Shown piece by piece: positions 1 through 9,426 of a stretch of 64,000 nucleotides of DNA. The notes beneath the pieces were generated by a model that saw nothing but the letters and a program-made list of their open reading frames with translations, was not told the origin of the DNA and did no database searches. How positions within the stretch are numbered: the first letter of the stretch is position 1; the number at the start of each line of letters is the position of its first letter. This DNA is from a virus (taxonomy: Duplodnaviria; Caudoviricetes). The position numbers and the translations under genes were made by a program. Location: IMG/VR virus record IMGVR_UViG_3300002026_000017, positions 19,645 through 83,644 of that record. One strand, written 5' to 3'.

Positions 1-241
1 CGAAATTTTTTGGTGCTTTATCTCTGTAATTATTATATGCTTTATTTTCATCAGGTGAAGTTCCATTAAGTTTAATTAAATGTAATTTATTAACTAATGA
101 ACCATAAATTTCACCTTCCTTTAATTGAGCTTCTCCTTTTTCAGATATACCAATTGGAATAGCTAAATTATCTTTTTCTAATTCGTAAGGTACAAATTTA
201 TTAAAAATTCCCTGATAATTTTTACCATGTTTAGCTTCCAT
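1..241 (-). CDS. Hypothetical protein, 3' end truncated by the window edge (not in ORF track)
   Basis: Manual translation from ATG at 241 (MEAKHGKNYQGIFNKFVPYELEK...) is open to position 1 and overlaps the stop of the upstream gene, like other coupled genes here. Confidence 0.7.
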   Translation of the reverse strand, partial: MEAKHGKNYQGIFNKFVPYELEKDNLAIPIGISEKGEAQLKEGEIYGSLVNKLHLIKLNGTSPDENKAYNNYRDKAPKNF

Positions 242-722
242 TTCTTATATCTTTTAATTGATTTTCCAAATCATTAATAATTATTAAATTGAATTCATTA
301 CGTAATTTAGTAATGAATTCAAGATTTTTTCTTACAAAAAAACCATCTATTTTAAATAAATTATTTTCAAAAAAACCCATTAACGTTTTATCAGTTATAT
401 ATTTAATATAACTTCCTGTTATTTTATTATTTTCATATTTTATTAATGAAAATTGCTTACTATATATGAATTTATTTATTGTTTCAGGTGGTTCTATAAT
501 TTCCAATAATTTAATAAAATATGTTTTATTCATACCATCATTAATATTATCATCTAAAATAACACCTCTACCAATTAATAATTTATGATAATCACTAATA
601 TTTTGGAATATAAAATAACATTCATTATCTATATGTAAGATTTGATTTTCATCATTATAAATATTAATAAATGTGTTATTAATAATACCGAAAGATAAAT
701 TTTGATTTTGAATATGTCCCAT
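231..722 (-). CDS. Hypothetical protein
   Basis: 163-aa ORF tightly packed in the minus-strand gene run; no recognisable motif. Confidence 0.7.
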   Translation of the reverse strand: MGHIQNQNLSFGIINNTFINIYNDENQILHIDNECYFIFQNISDYHKLLIGRGVILDDNINDGMNKTYFIKLLEIIEPPETINKFIYSKQFSLIKYENNKITGSYIKYITDKTLMGFFENNLFKIDGFFVRKNLEFITKLRNEFNLIIINDLENQLKDIRNGS

Positions 723-724
723 TT

Positions 725-1543
725 TTAATAATATTTTGAAACTTTATCTAATAATGTTTTTATTCTAATATCATCTGTTGATGTGATTGTTGTGTTTTTT
801 TGATTTTCCACAACAATTTCAGGTTTAACAATTTCAGGTTCAATAACTTCAATATCACCAATATTTAAAATATTTTCTTTAACAACAGGAATTTTTTGAT
901 TTTCAACATTTTCATTTGTTAACATTTCAAATATTTTATCTTTCATTTTTTCATTAATCAATAATTGTGTTTCTTTTGATGATAAAATAAAATTTATAAC
1001 TTTGTTAATATCAAGATTTAACAAATTAATTGTTTCCTTTAATTTAACAAAATTATAATCTATCGGTATTCGGATTTTTAATTCAATACTTTCTTTTTCA
1101 TGAATTTTTATTTTACTTAAAACATTATGTATGAATTTTTCATCTTCAGGTATTTGAGGAATTTCACTTTTCTGTAAAACATTTTCCTTCAAATATGGTT
1201 TATATATTGGTATTTCCTGTATTACCTTATTTTCTAATATTTCTTCAACAACTTGATTTTCATTGGAATCTCCTAAACCATCTAATAAAAATTTAGGTAA
1301 TATTTTTGTTGGATTTTCATCTATAGATGTATTCATGAAAATCCAATTATTTGTTAATTCATATTCGGAAATAGATTTATTTACAAGAACATTATTTCTT
1401 TTAACTAATTCATCAGTTTTCCAATAACCTAAATTATTTTCATCAACTCCAATTATTTTTATTATTTCTATTGGAATATCTTTATTTCCAATTTCACCAC
1501 TATTAATATTTTTATAGTGACCCTTACGTATTATTTGATTCAT
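725..1543 (-). CDS. Hypothetical protein (start probably 1543, MNQIIRKG, not 1639)
   Basis: The track start at 1639 overlaps the upstream gene by 61 nt; ATG at 1543 is preceded by the recurrent AAATACTAAAAAT motif. Confidence 0.7.
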   Translation of the reverse strand: MNQIIRKGHYKNINSGEIGNKDIPIEIIKIIGVDENNLGYWKTDELVKRNNVLVNKSISEYELTNNWIFMNTSIDENPTKILPKFLLDGLGDSNENQVVEEILENKVIQEIPIYKPYLKENVLQKSEIPQIPEDEKFIHNVLSKIKIHEKESIELKIRIPIDYNFVKLKETINLLNLDINKVINFILSSKETQLLINEKMKDKIFEMLTNENVENQKIPVVKENILNIGDIEVIEPEIVKPEIVVENQKNTTITSTDDIRIKTLLDKVSKYY

Positions 1544-1578
1544 ATTTTTAGTATTTGTAGTATTTGTATTATTGGAAC

Positions 1579-2001
1579 CTAAATTTTTTCTAAATAATTT
1601 AAACAATCCCTCATAGAATTTTTTGAAATTTTTTGACATAATTCAGTATTTTTAGTATCAGAGTTAATAATATTAAAATTATTAACATAATTATTTAGTA
1701 TAAATTTTAATGTTTTTATATTGGTACTATCTATTTTTTCAAAAATATTTTTATATTCAATAAAATAATCTTTAGATAATATATTTGTCTTTAGTTGATT
1801 GTAAGTTTTACATACAGAAAAAATATTCTTTTTATTAAAATCATCAATAAAAAAATTATTTTTTTTCAAAAAACACCAATTTAATAATATTATTAAATTA
1901 TTAATGTTTTCAGAAATTTCACCTGCATTTGTGATGTGTGTTTTTTCTTTTATTTTTAAACGATAATCTTTAAAAATCTCCATGTTTTTGTTATTTTCCA
2001 T
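1579..2001 (-). CDS. Hypothetical protein
   Basis: 140-aa ORF, packed with neighbours. Confidence 0.65.
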   Translation of the reverse strand: MENNKNMEIFKDYRLKIKEKTHITNAGEISENINNLIILLNWCFLKKNNFFIDDFNKKNIFSVCKTYNQLKTNILSKDYFIEYKNIFEKIDSTNIKTLKFILNNYVNNFNIINSDTKNTELCQKISKNSMRDCLNYLEKI

Positions 2002-2005
2002 ATTA

Positions 2006-2314
2006 TTAAGGTGTATCTATTTTTATTCCATTGAAAAAAGTTTCAATTATTTTCAGTTGTTTTTCCTTTACAACTCTCATATATTGATGTTGTATAAATT
2101 TTATTTTTTTGTCTTTGTTGTTTGCTTCTGATTTGCAATTTTCACAAAAAATAGCATTATTTCCAAATTGTTTATATGAAATAAAAATTTCTGTTAAACA
2201 TTTCATACATTTCCAAGGAAATTTAGTATGAAATATATATCTATTTGGATAACTATTAATTTTATTATATTCTAGTATTATTTTTAATGATGTTTCTTTA
2301 TCAAGATTTACCAT
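2006..2314 (-). CDS. Small protein with a putative zinc ribbon
   Basis: CxxC...CxxC pair (CMKC, CENC) in a 102-aa ORF. Confidence 0.6.
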   Translation of the reverse strand: MVNLDKETSLKIILEYNKINSYPNRYIFHTKFPWKCMKCLTEIFISYKQFGNNAIFCENCKSEANNKDKKIKFIQHQYMRVVKEKQLKIIETFFNGIKIDTP

Positions 2315-2328
2315 ATTTCAAGTATTTA

Positions 2329-2361
2329 AAAACCCACCACCAAATTTAGGTGGTGGGTTTT
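2329..2361 (-). terminator. Rho-independent terminator after the major capsid gene
   Basis: 13-bp stem AAAACCCACCACC/GGTGGTGGGTTTT with a 7-nt loop and T-run, 37 nt downstream of the MCP stop. Confidence 0.9.
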
Positions 2362-2397
2362 ATTAATAAATATTAACTAACTTAAAAACTAAAACAA

Positions 2398-4212
2398 TTA
2401 AGACCAGTTATATTCGTTCAAAGCTACCATGGTGTAGTAATTGATTTCAGGATAGAAACCAATATCGGCAATTTTGAAACGAGACCAAACTCTGATTTTT
2501 TCTGCCATTGTTCCTTCAACAACCATTTGACGAGATGCAGCTAAGTCATAAGCTAAGAATTTAGCTCCTGGGTCTGTATCGTTACCTCTACGTCCTAAAA
2601 GAATTCTAGGGTCAGTGAAAGAAATTCTTGGGTTTTTGTAAACATTAATCGTATCAAATACTGTTCCAGAATAATGTAATTCAGGAGTTTGTGTTAATGT
2701 ATTTGATGTTAGATTAGTTTGGAATTTTGAATTCTTTTTCAATGTTGCTGCAAGAGCACCACCAAGAACCATAAAATCAGGACCACCAATACGATTTTGT
2801 TGAGCAATAAATTCAGCTGTTAACAAAATTCTTGAATACAAACGGTCAGCATGTGTCATTTGATTTTCATAAGCTGCAGATTGCATTGAATTGGTAATTA
2901 CACCCATATCAGATTTAACATCAACACCTAACATATCAACATATTTAACATCAATATCATTAAAAGTTTTACTTACATTAGATGGAGCTGAAATATATAA
3001 AGAATGATTAATTCCTTGAGAACGATAAGCACCAACAGCATGTTCAACACCTAAAGCATAAAGGTGATTTAATATAATTTCATCAATAGTTTGAACTAAT
3101 TGATTTTGTACTCCATTATAAAGTCTTGAAATTACATTAATTCCTTGAGCAGCTAAATCTTTGATTTGGATATTTGAAGTATCAGCTTCAATTTCAATAC
3201 CGTCCATCTCTAATTGTTTGTCCATTGAAATAACATTCAATTTATGTTTCGGTCCTTTTTCATGTTGAGCACGAGACATTTGAAGTGAATTGTTATTTGT
3301 TGAAGCTTCAGCAATATTTGTTCTTGTTGCAGAAGCAAAATGAGCTGTTGTATTTGTTAATGTTGTTACTGCTGTTCCAACAAGAACTTTAGCACCAGCT
3401 AAAGCAACATTTATAGCATCTAAAACTTCTTTAACAGAAGTTGTATTTGTTTCTGTATAAACAGCTGCAGTTGACACAACATCAACAGTTCCTGTAGATA
3501 AAACTTCCACAGTTAACGCAGCTTTCACAGTTGAAGCCATCATGAAACGAACTTTCATAGCTTTCAAATCTGAAGACATCAAAATTAATTCAGTTGTAGC
3601 TCTTTTTAATGCTTGAGTTTTAACCCATGTAGCAGTAAAAATAGAACTTGCTAATTCAATGTAACTTGGTTGATTAGCAGCATCATCCATAGGACCTCCA
3701 CCATAAACAGTATCAACATAGTTAACAACAACTTTAGGAGTATCTACAGCAATTGTTGGCATAAGGTCAAACCCAATACAGTGCATTGCAATATGTGATT
3801 GTAAACCAAATACATAACTTGGAATATCACCTGAACCAGGTTGATAAGCTGGATTCCACATTCCTCCTGGAACAGAAGTACCATTACCTGGATTAGCAAC
3901 GTTACCCATATTCATAACATTACCCGGAGTACTAACATTTTCAAATAATTGTTTTATTTGACCAATATTTCCAAAAATTTGTGCGTCTTCATTTAATGGA
4001 GTTGTTCCCATCATACCAGCTACACGAACTCTGTTAGCATATTGTTTAGAAAGAAAATCTACTTTTTCTTTCTTGATAGCTTCACGATTTCCAGAATAAT
4101 GACCTAATGATTCAGCAAAAGCATTTTCCATTAATGGTTTCATTCTTGCAACACTATTCATATCTAAATGAGTATGTTGATAAATTGGTTGGTTTTTTTG
4201 ATTTCCAAACAT
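2398..4212 (-). CDS. gp23: Major capsid protein (T4 gp23-like, HK97 fold)
   Basis: 604 aa; follows portal-protease-scaffold; high-expression codon usage (GCT, GGT, CGT, AAC); C-terminal pattern like gp23 (DTINVYKNP, GAKFLAY, KIRVWSRFKI); strong terminator after it. Confidence 0.9.
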   Translation of the reverse strand: MFGNQKNQPIYQHTHLDMNSVARMKPLMENAFAESLGHYSGNREAIKKEKVDFLSKQYANRVRVAGMMGTTPLNEDAQIFGNIGQIKQLFENVSTPGNVMNMGNVANPGNGTSVPGGMWNPAYQPGSGDIPSYVFGLQSHIAMHCIGFDLMPTIAVDTPKVVVNYVDTVYGGGPMDDAANQPSYIELASSIFTATWVKTQALKRATTELILMSSDLKAMKVRFMMASTVKAALTVEVLSTGTVDVVSTAAVYTETNTTSVKEVLDAINVALAGAKVLVGTAVTTLTNTTAHFASATRTNIAEASTNNNSLQMSRAQHEKGPKHKLNVISMDKQLEMDGIEIEADTSNIQIKDLAAQGINVISRLYNGVQNQLVQTIDEIILNHLYALGVEHAVGAYRSQGINHSLYISAPSNVSKTFNDIDVKYVDMLGVDVKSDMGVITNSMQSAAYENQMTHADRLYSRILLTAEFIAQQNRIGGPDFMVLGGALAATLKKNSKFQTNLTSNTLTQTPELHYSGTVFDTINVYKNPRISFTDPRILLGRRGNDTDPGAKFLAYDLAASRQMVVEGTMAEKIRVWSRFKIADIGFYPEINYYTMVALNEYNWS

Positions 4213-4305
4213 AATTTTAAATTTTTATAAATTAATTTTAAATATTATTTTTTTAGTATTTTTAACTGGGATTAAAAATTGCTTTAACGATGAATCAAAA
4301 TATTT

Positions 4306-5241
4306 TTAATATTTTAAATATTTTTCTCTTAATGATTCATTTAATTGCTGATTTTTTTGTTGTCCAGCTTTTTGTTGCTCTACAAGTTTTTGTTGTTGAG
4401 CTTTTTGTTGCTCTACAAGTTTTTGTTGTTGAGCTTTTTGTTGCTCTACAAGTTTTTGTTGTTGAGCTTTTTGTTGCTCCACAAGTTTTTGTTGTTGAGC
4501 TGAAGTTTGTTGAGCTTTTTGTTGTTGTTTTTCTCCTTCAACTAATTTTTGTTGAGCTTTTTGTTGAGCTTCTTTCAACTGTTGTTGTTGTTGCTTAGCT
4601 TTTTGAGCTGGTACTTGTTGAACTTTTTGTTGTTGTTCAAGTTGTTTTTGTTGTTGCTGATGCTTTTGCTGCATTTGTTTCAACTGTTGTTTTTCAGCTT
4701 GTTGTTGTTGTTTCAACTGTTCTTGTTGTTGCTTAGCTTTTTGAGCTGGTACTTGTTGAACTTTTTGTTGTTGAGCTAACTGTTTTTGTTGTTGTTGATG
4801 TTTTTGTTCTTGTGCTTGTTGAACTTTATCATCACAATTTTCTTCTTCATCTAAATCTTCAGATTCAAACAAAAATTCATCATCATCATCATCTAAATCT
4901 AAATCTAAATCTAAATCCAAATCTTCTTCAAATTCATCTGATTCAAACATAAATTCTTCTTCTTCTTCTTCTTCTTCTTCTTCAAATAAAAATTCATCTC
5001 CTTCAGCAAATCCATCATGTTGACCACCATAAAGTGTTGACATGCTTGGGTCATAAGATAAAAGCATATCATCTTCATCTTGATTTAATTCAGGAACATA
5101 ATCCAAATCTTGTTGATTACTTAAATCATCATCAAAATCTATAAATTGTTGTGATTCATTTAATGCAGTGTTTGCTTCCAATGAAATTTCATTTTCAACA
5201 TCTGTTACAGATGTTATAAAAAAATCGGCAAATCCTTCCAT
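4306..5241 (-). CDS. Prohead core/scaffold protein (gp22-like position), acidic N-half and Gln-rich C-half
   Basis: Lies between protease and MCP; low complexity; several L/M-x-E-S motifs. Confidence 0.7.
   Translation of the reverse strand: MEGFADFFITSVTDVENEISLEANTALNESQQFIDFDDDLSNQQDLDYVPELNQDEDDMLLSYDPSMSTLYGGQHDGFAEGDEFLFEEEEEEEEEEFMFESDEFEEDLDLDLDLDLDDDDDEFLFESEDLDEEENCDDKVQQAQEQKHQQQQKQLAQQQKVQQVPAQKAKQQQEQLKQQQQAEKQQLKQMQQKHQQQQKQLEQQQKVQQVPAQKAKQQQQQLKEAQQKAQQKLVEGEKQQQKAQQTSAQQQKLVEQQKAQQQKLVEQQKAQQQKLVEQQKAQQQKLVEQQKAGQQKNQQLNESLREKYLKY
4366..4497. repeat. Four tandem 33-nt repeats encoding AQQQKLVEQQK-type units
   Basis: agctttttgttgctctacaagtttttgttgttg x4 (one substitution in copy 4); a second duplication with ~138-nt spacing near 4590 and 4730. 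Confidence 0.95.
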
Positions 5242-5342
5242 GTGTTTAATTTTAGTTATTAATTATTATTAAATTATTTATTTAATGGGATAAAAAATTT
5301 ATTTTTGTTTATATATTTAGTTTTTGTTTGGAGAAATATTTT

Positions 5343-6281
5343 TTAATCCATTCCGCTTGTTGAAATTCCTTCGGTTACAAATCCAGCTGAATTATCATAA
5401 ACAGCATTATTTAATTTAGAATATTTTCCAACTGCTTTATTCATTTGATTATGAAAATCTAATTTGAAAGATTCATTTAATTTCAATTGTTCTTGTTTCA
5501 ATTCTTTTTTAACTGAATTTGATAATTCATTTTCAACTTTATCTTCTTTCGCTAATTCACCTTTCTGCATTATTTCAGCATCATGTTTTATTTCAGCTTT
5601 TTCAGCTTTGTTTTTTTGTGTACGTTCAGATTCAAAAAGTTGTATGTTTATTTTTTGTGATTCATAAAAATTAATTAATTTACCTATTTCATCATTATAT
5701 TGAATGTTGTTATTATTTTCATTTAATTTTGTGAAAGAAACTATTGAAGAACTAAATCCAGGATGATAAACAATATCAAAAGTTATCATTAATTTTAAAA
5801 CAGCATTAATTGTTCCATCTGGATTAGCTATTTCTGAACCTCCACCTCTTGCAGAAACAGCTAATTGGCCTCCCGATTTAATGATTTCTTGTGCGTTTTT
5901 ACCATTTACAGTATTTAATAACATTATAATACCAAATACTTTTTTCAATGATTTATCATACCAAATATCTAATATTTTGTGACTTATTAAATTAACATCT
6001 GTTGAATAACCTTTAGGATGTTCTAAATGTCCATACAAACCTTTTGCTGAAAAAACCTGTAATTTTAATTGTTCAACAAATACTAAATAATTATCTTCAG
6101 TATAAATACGATTATTGTTATTTAATTCACCTATTGATGCAAATTCTCCTTCAAGAATAATACCATCATATTGTTTTCCAGTTGTTGGGTCTATGATTTT
6201 TTCAAGAATATCCTTATTATCACATCTTTTTAATGGATTATTTGAAGCTTCTGTATATATAAAATGTTTTTCTTGTGACAT
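5343..6281 (-). CDS. gp21: Prohead protease (T4 gp21-like)
   Basis: NNNNRIY, LYGHLEHP (catalytic His), VSARGGGS (catalytic Ser region), TFDIVYHPGFSSS; position between portal and scaffold. Confidence 0.92.
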   Translation of the reverse strand: MSQEKHFIYTEASNNPLKRCDNKDILEKIIDPTTGKQYDGIILEGEFASIGELNNNNRIYTEDNYLVFVEQLKLQVFSAKGLYGHLEHPKGYSTDVNLISHKILDIWYDKSLKKVFGIIMLLNTVNGKNAQEIIKSGGQLAVSARGGGSEIANPDGTINAVLKLMITFDIVYHPGFSSSIVSFTKLNENNNNIQYNDEIGKLINFYESQKINIQLFESERTQKNKAEKAEIKHDAEIMQKGELAKEDKVENELSNSVKKELKQEQLKLNESFKLDFHNQMNKAVGKYSKLNNAVYDNSAGFVTEGISTSGMD

Positions 6282-6353
6282 ATTTAATTTCTTGTTAATT
6301 ATTTTTGTACCTTTATAATTATTTATTACCTAACCTTTATTGAAAATTTTTAA

Positions 6354-8015
6354 TTAAAATCCATCATTATCTACTGTTTCTGGACTGTCTTCAAATTCTT
6401 CTTCATTTTCTTCTTCATTTTCAATATTTTCTTCTTGACTATCTTCTGTTTCTTCTGTATCATCTATTACTTCAGTTCCATCCGGAGCAAATCCTAAAGA
6501 CACATTTTCTTTTTTACGGTATTCTTCCATTGAAGCTACTTGGTCAGGAGTAAAATCAAGATAATTATCTCTCAACCATGTTAATGGAATCATCTGTCTT
6601 TCTGTTCCGTTAACATCGGTTACTTTACCAAATTCAGATAACGCAGTTATAATTTCAATTTTTCTACCTAATACTTCTAATTCACCTAATTTCTCATGTT
6701 GATTGAAAGCAACCCATTCAATAATAATTGAATCAATTAATGCTAAATCAATTCCAATTTCAACTTCTTTAAGTGTTAATTGTATAAGTATTGGTTTTAA
6801 TACTATTTCTGCAAGTAATTTTCTAATATCATCAATAAATTTAGAAAAATTTATTTCAGTCTTTTTAACATTTGTAACATCTACGAATCCCCAAGTTTCA
6901 CTTGAATTTGGGTCAATTCTATCATAAGGTATTTCTGTTTCTTTCCAGAAAAGTTTTTCCCAATATTGCAAACTATCAACTTCTGTTAAATCTGGTCCTT
7001 GTGTATTTATTTCTTCAATTTCAGGCGAACCAGAGTTTGCTGTTTCAGCAGTAAAAAATTCATGATAACCAGTTGTATCTGTTTCACCATTATAACTAAT
7101 ATTTCCTGTAGAATCATCAAATTCAAAATAATTTGTATAATCATTTTTCGCTATTGCTAATTTTTGTATTGCTTCAGCTCTTGAAACATCACCTAAATTA
7201 AGTTTTATGTGCATTCTAACTTGAGATTTTACAGCAAACCATAAAATCTTAGCTGTTTGCATTGCTCTCATTATATTGAATGGTCTACGTAATTGGTCAA
7301 CATAAGATATAAAACCATAATCGTATTCATTCCATTCAATTAATATTATTTGATTTTCATGTAAAATACGTTCTTTACCATTATCCATTAATGCTCTTTG
7401 TACATAAAAAACATAATCATTTTCCTTAAATTTTTGTAAGGAAGATGGTTCTATTGGTACTATGTTAACAATATCTTTTGGATTTTTTAAATTATCATAA
7501 ACAATTTCAAAAGCTAATTTACCAACTTTAATAAATTCATCAACTTTTTTAGATAATCCATCTTTTTTAAATTGAAGCATTTGCATTAATTTTGGATAAA
7601 AAATTTCATCCAAATATTTTTGAATTGCTGCTCCTGTTTCTTGTTTATCTAAAGGTAAATTTGCTAAATTTAATGTCGGATATAATGGATATTTAGATGT
7701 TTTCAAATTAGAAACAACAATTTCATTTCTAATAGCTTTCACAGCTTTTTTAACTTCACTATTTTCAGCAAACAATAATAAATTATTTCTTGTATCAATT
7801 GTTGATATTGGATTATAACCATAATTATTACGGTATCTAATATCTGGATTAAATAATGATTTATTTGAATTACTAAAAAATATTGGGTCTGATGGACTAC
7901 CTTCTCCTAATTTGGTATTTTTTCTATCAGAAGTATTTGCTAATAATATTTTTTTCGATAAACCCTTTTCAACATTTCTAGCTGAAAGGATTGAAACTCC
8001 CATTGCTAATTTCAT
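6354..8015 (-). CDS. gp20: Portal protein (T4 gp20-like)
   Basis: 553 aa; GFISYVDQLRRPFNIMRAMQTAKILW, DSLQYWEKLFWKETEIPYDRID and acidic C-tail match the gp20 pattern; head-module position. Confidence 0.9.
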   Translation of the reverse strand: MKLAMGVSILSARNVEKGLSKKILLANTSDRKNTKLGEGSPSDPIFFSNSNKSLFNPDIRYRNNYGYNPISTIDTRNNLLLFAENSEVKKAVKAIRNEIVVSNLKTSKYPLYPTLNLANLPLDKQETGAAIQKYLDEIFYPKLMQMLQFKKDGLSKKVDEFIKVGKLAFEIVYDNLKNPKDIVNIVPIEPSSLQKFKENDYVFYVQRALMDNGKERILHENQIILIEWNEYDYGFISYVDQLRRPFNIMRAMQTAKILWFAVKSQVRMHIKLNLGDVSRAEAIQKLAIAKNDYTNYFEFDDSTGNISYNGETDTTGYHEFFTAETANSGSPEIEEINTQGPDLTEVDSLQYWEKLFWKETEIPYDRIDPNSSETWGFVDVTNVKKTEINFSKFIDDIRKLLAEIVLKPILIQLTLKEVEIGIDLALIDSIIIEWVAFNQHEKLGELEVLGRKIEIITALSEFGKVTDVNGTERQMIPLTWLRDNYLDFTPDQVASMEEYRKKENVSLGFAPDGTEVIDDTEETEDSQEENIENEEENEEEFEDSPETVDNDGF

Positions 8016-8803
8016 GATTTTACGAATAAATTATTATTACGATAATGTTGTTGCTGATTTTTATTATTTATTTCTTTGGTTTTCTTTTCATCACCAAAAA
8101 GATTATCATTAAATTTACCTTCAAATTTAATATATAATTGTAATAAATTTGCATTAATTTCATCACTTATTACAGATAAATAATTTTGTTTATTTATATT
8201 TACAGATAATTTTTCTTTATAATATCCAAAATAATTTGTTTGTAATTCATATACAAACAAATTATTTGGAAATATAAAAAATAGTTGTTTATTGCTTTTA
8301 TCAAACAAAATTGAAATAATATCAACTATATTTAAGTTATATGTTATTTTCAATTCTTCTTGTAAATGATAATTATTCATTATATCAAATCCTAAAACAT
8401 ATATCGGTTTTTTAGCTAATAATTTTATTTTTAAAATTTCTAGAGAAATAATATCAAGTTTATTAAAATCATTAACATTAATCAATTCCAATATATTTTC
8501 CTTTAATGATTGTTTAAATAAATCAATATTAAATGATTCATTTAAATTTTGAATTATATCTTCAGGACAAGATTCATTTAAAAATTTATTAACTTCCTGT
8601 AAATAAACAAGTTTATTATTTCGATAATCAGATAATTTTATCTGATTATTTTCTTCGATTGTACCAATAAAATCTAATGATTCAAATAATTTTTTTAATG
8701 GATTGTTTGAATTTTTTTGAATTATTGAATTTGCAACAGATAAGGTAGCAATAATTTTTTGCTCTTTTTCTTGTTGACTTAATTTTGTTGACAAATCCCT
8801 CAT
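8012..8803 (-). CDS. Hypothetical, probable virion/head-associated protein
   Basis: ATGA-coupled to the portal; carries LFES, LNES, LNES motifs. Confidence 0.65.
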   Translation of the reverse strand: MRDLSTKLSQQEKEQKIIATLSVANSIIQKNSNNPLKKLFESLDFIGTIEENNQIKLSDYRNNKLVYLQEVNKFLNESCPEDIIQNLNESFNIDLFKQSLKENILELINVNDFNKLDIISLEILKIKLLAKKPIYVLGFDIMNNYHLQEELKITYNLNIVDIISILFDKSNKQLFFIFPNNLFVYELQTNYFGYYKEKLSVNINKQNYLSVISDEINANLLQLYIKFEGKFNDNLFGDEKKTKEINNKNQQQHYRNNNLFVKS

Positions 8804-8819
8804 ATTATTTTCTAGTATT

Positions 8820-8972
8820 TTAAATATCCGTATTTACAGTATTATCAATTTTTTGTTTAAATCTATTTAATTTAATACCAACATTAACAATAATTGTTGA
8901 AACAATTGAATTTTGTAAAATTATTTTTGGAAACATTCCAGCAAAAAATATTTCTATTTTAGATGGTTGCAT
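8820..8972 (-). CDS. Possible 50-aa small protein (MQPSKIEIFFAGMFPK...)
   Basis: Manually translated ORF filling the gap between dps and the 8803 gene; starts 2 nt after the dps stop. Confidence 0.35.
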   Translation of the reverse strand: MQPSKIEIFFAGMFPKIILQNSIVSTIIVNVGIKLNRFKQKIDNTVNTDI

Positions 8973-8973
8973 T

Positions 8974-9411
8974 TTAAACTAAATGTGATTTTAAGAACCA
9001 AAGAGTTTTATCATTTTCTTCAACTAAATTTGTTAAGAAATTAATAGTTGACACATCTTCAGACATTTCTTTTAATTGCTCTTTAATTGTATTGTTAATT
9101 ATATACAAATCATCATAAATAAATTTTATTAAATTTTGACTATCAAAAGATATTGGTTCAACAGATGTTAATATTGAAATTTCAAGAAAAAATTTCATAT
9201 TTGCAACAACTGGAGAATTTAATTTTCTAATTCTTTCAGCAATTAAATCAATATCATCATGAAATTTTTCATATAAATCTTCAAAAAATTTATGTGCTGG
9301 TAAAAAATCTGGTCCTATAACATTCCAATGAGCATTTCTTGTTTTAAGAAATAAAACATTTTGGTTTGCTAATAATTCATTTAAAAATGCAATTGTGTTT
9401 TGTGATTCCAT
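8974..9411 (-). CDS. dps: Dps / ferritin-like DNA protection protein
   Basis: Dps signature NAHWNVIGPDFLPAHKFFEDLYEKFHDDIDLIAERI with ferroxidase His/His/Asp/Glu; 145 aa; C-terminal KTLWFLKSHL. Confidence 0.93.
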   Translation of the reverse strand: MESQNTIAFLNELLANQNVLFLKTRNAHWNVIGPDFLPAHKFFEDLYEKFHDDIDLIAERIRKLNSPVVANMKFFLEISILTSVEPISFDSQNLIKFIYDDLYIINNTIKEQLKEMSEDVSTINFLTNLVEENDKTLWFLKSHLV

Positions 9412-9426
9412 AATTTTTAATTTAAT

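Noticed and set aside
1544-1639. Track start at 1639 (also 17887, 28880, 63735)
   Set aside because: Longest-ORF starts overlap upstream genes or are internal codons; 1543, 17842, 28838 and a start beyond 64000 are more plausible
4366-4497. 33-nt repeats as a CRISPR array
   Set aside because: Head-to-tail with no spacers, in-frame within a CDS; no cas genes
4290-4779. Plus-strand ORFs 4290-4598 and 4549-4779 (Leu/Val/Phe-rich)
   Set aside because: Antisense shadows of the CAA-rich scaffold repeats; apparent hydrophobicity is an artefact
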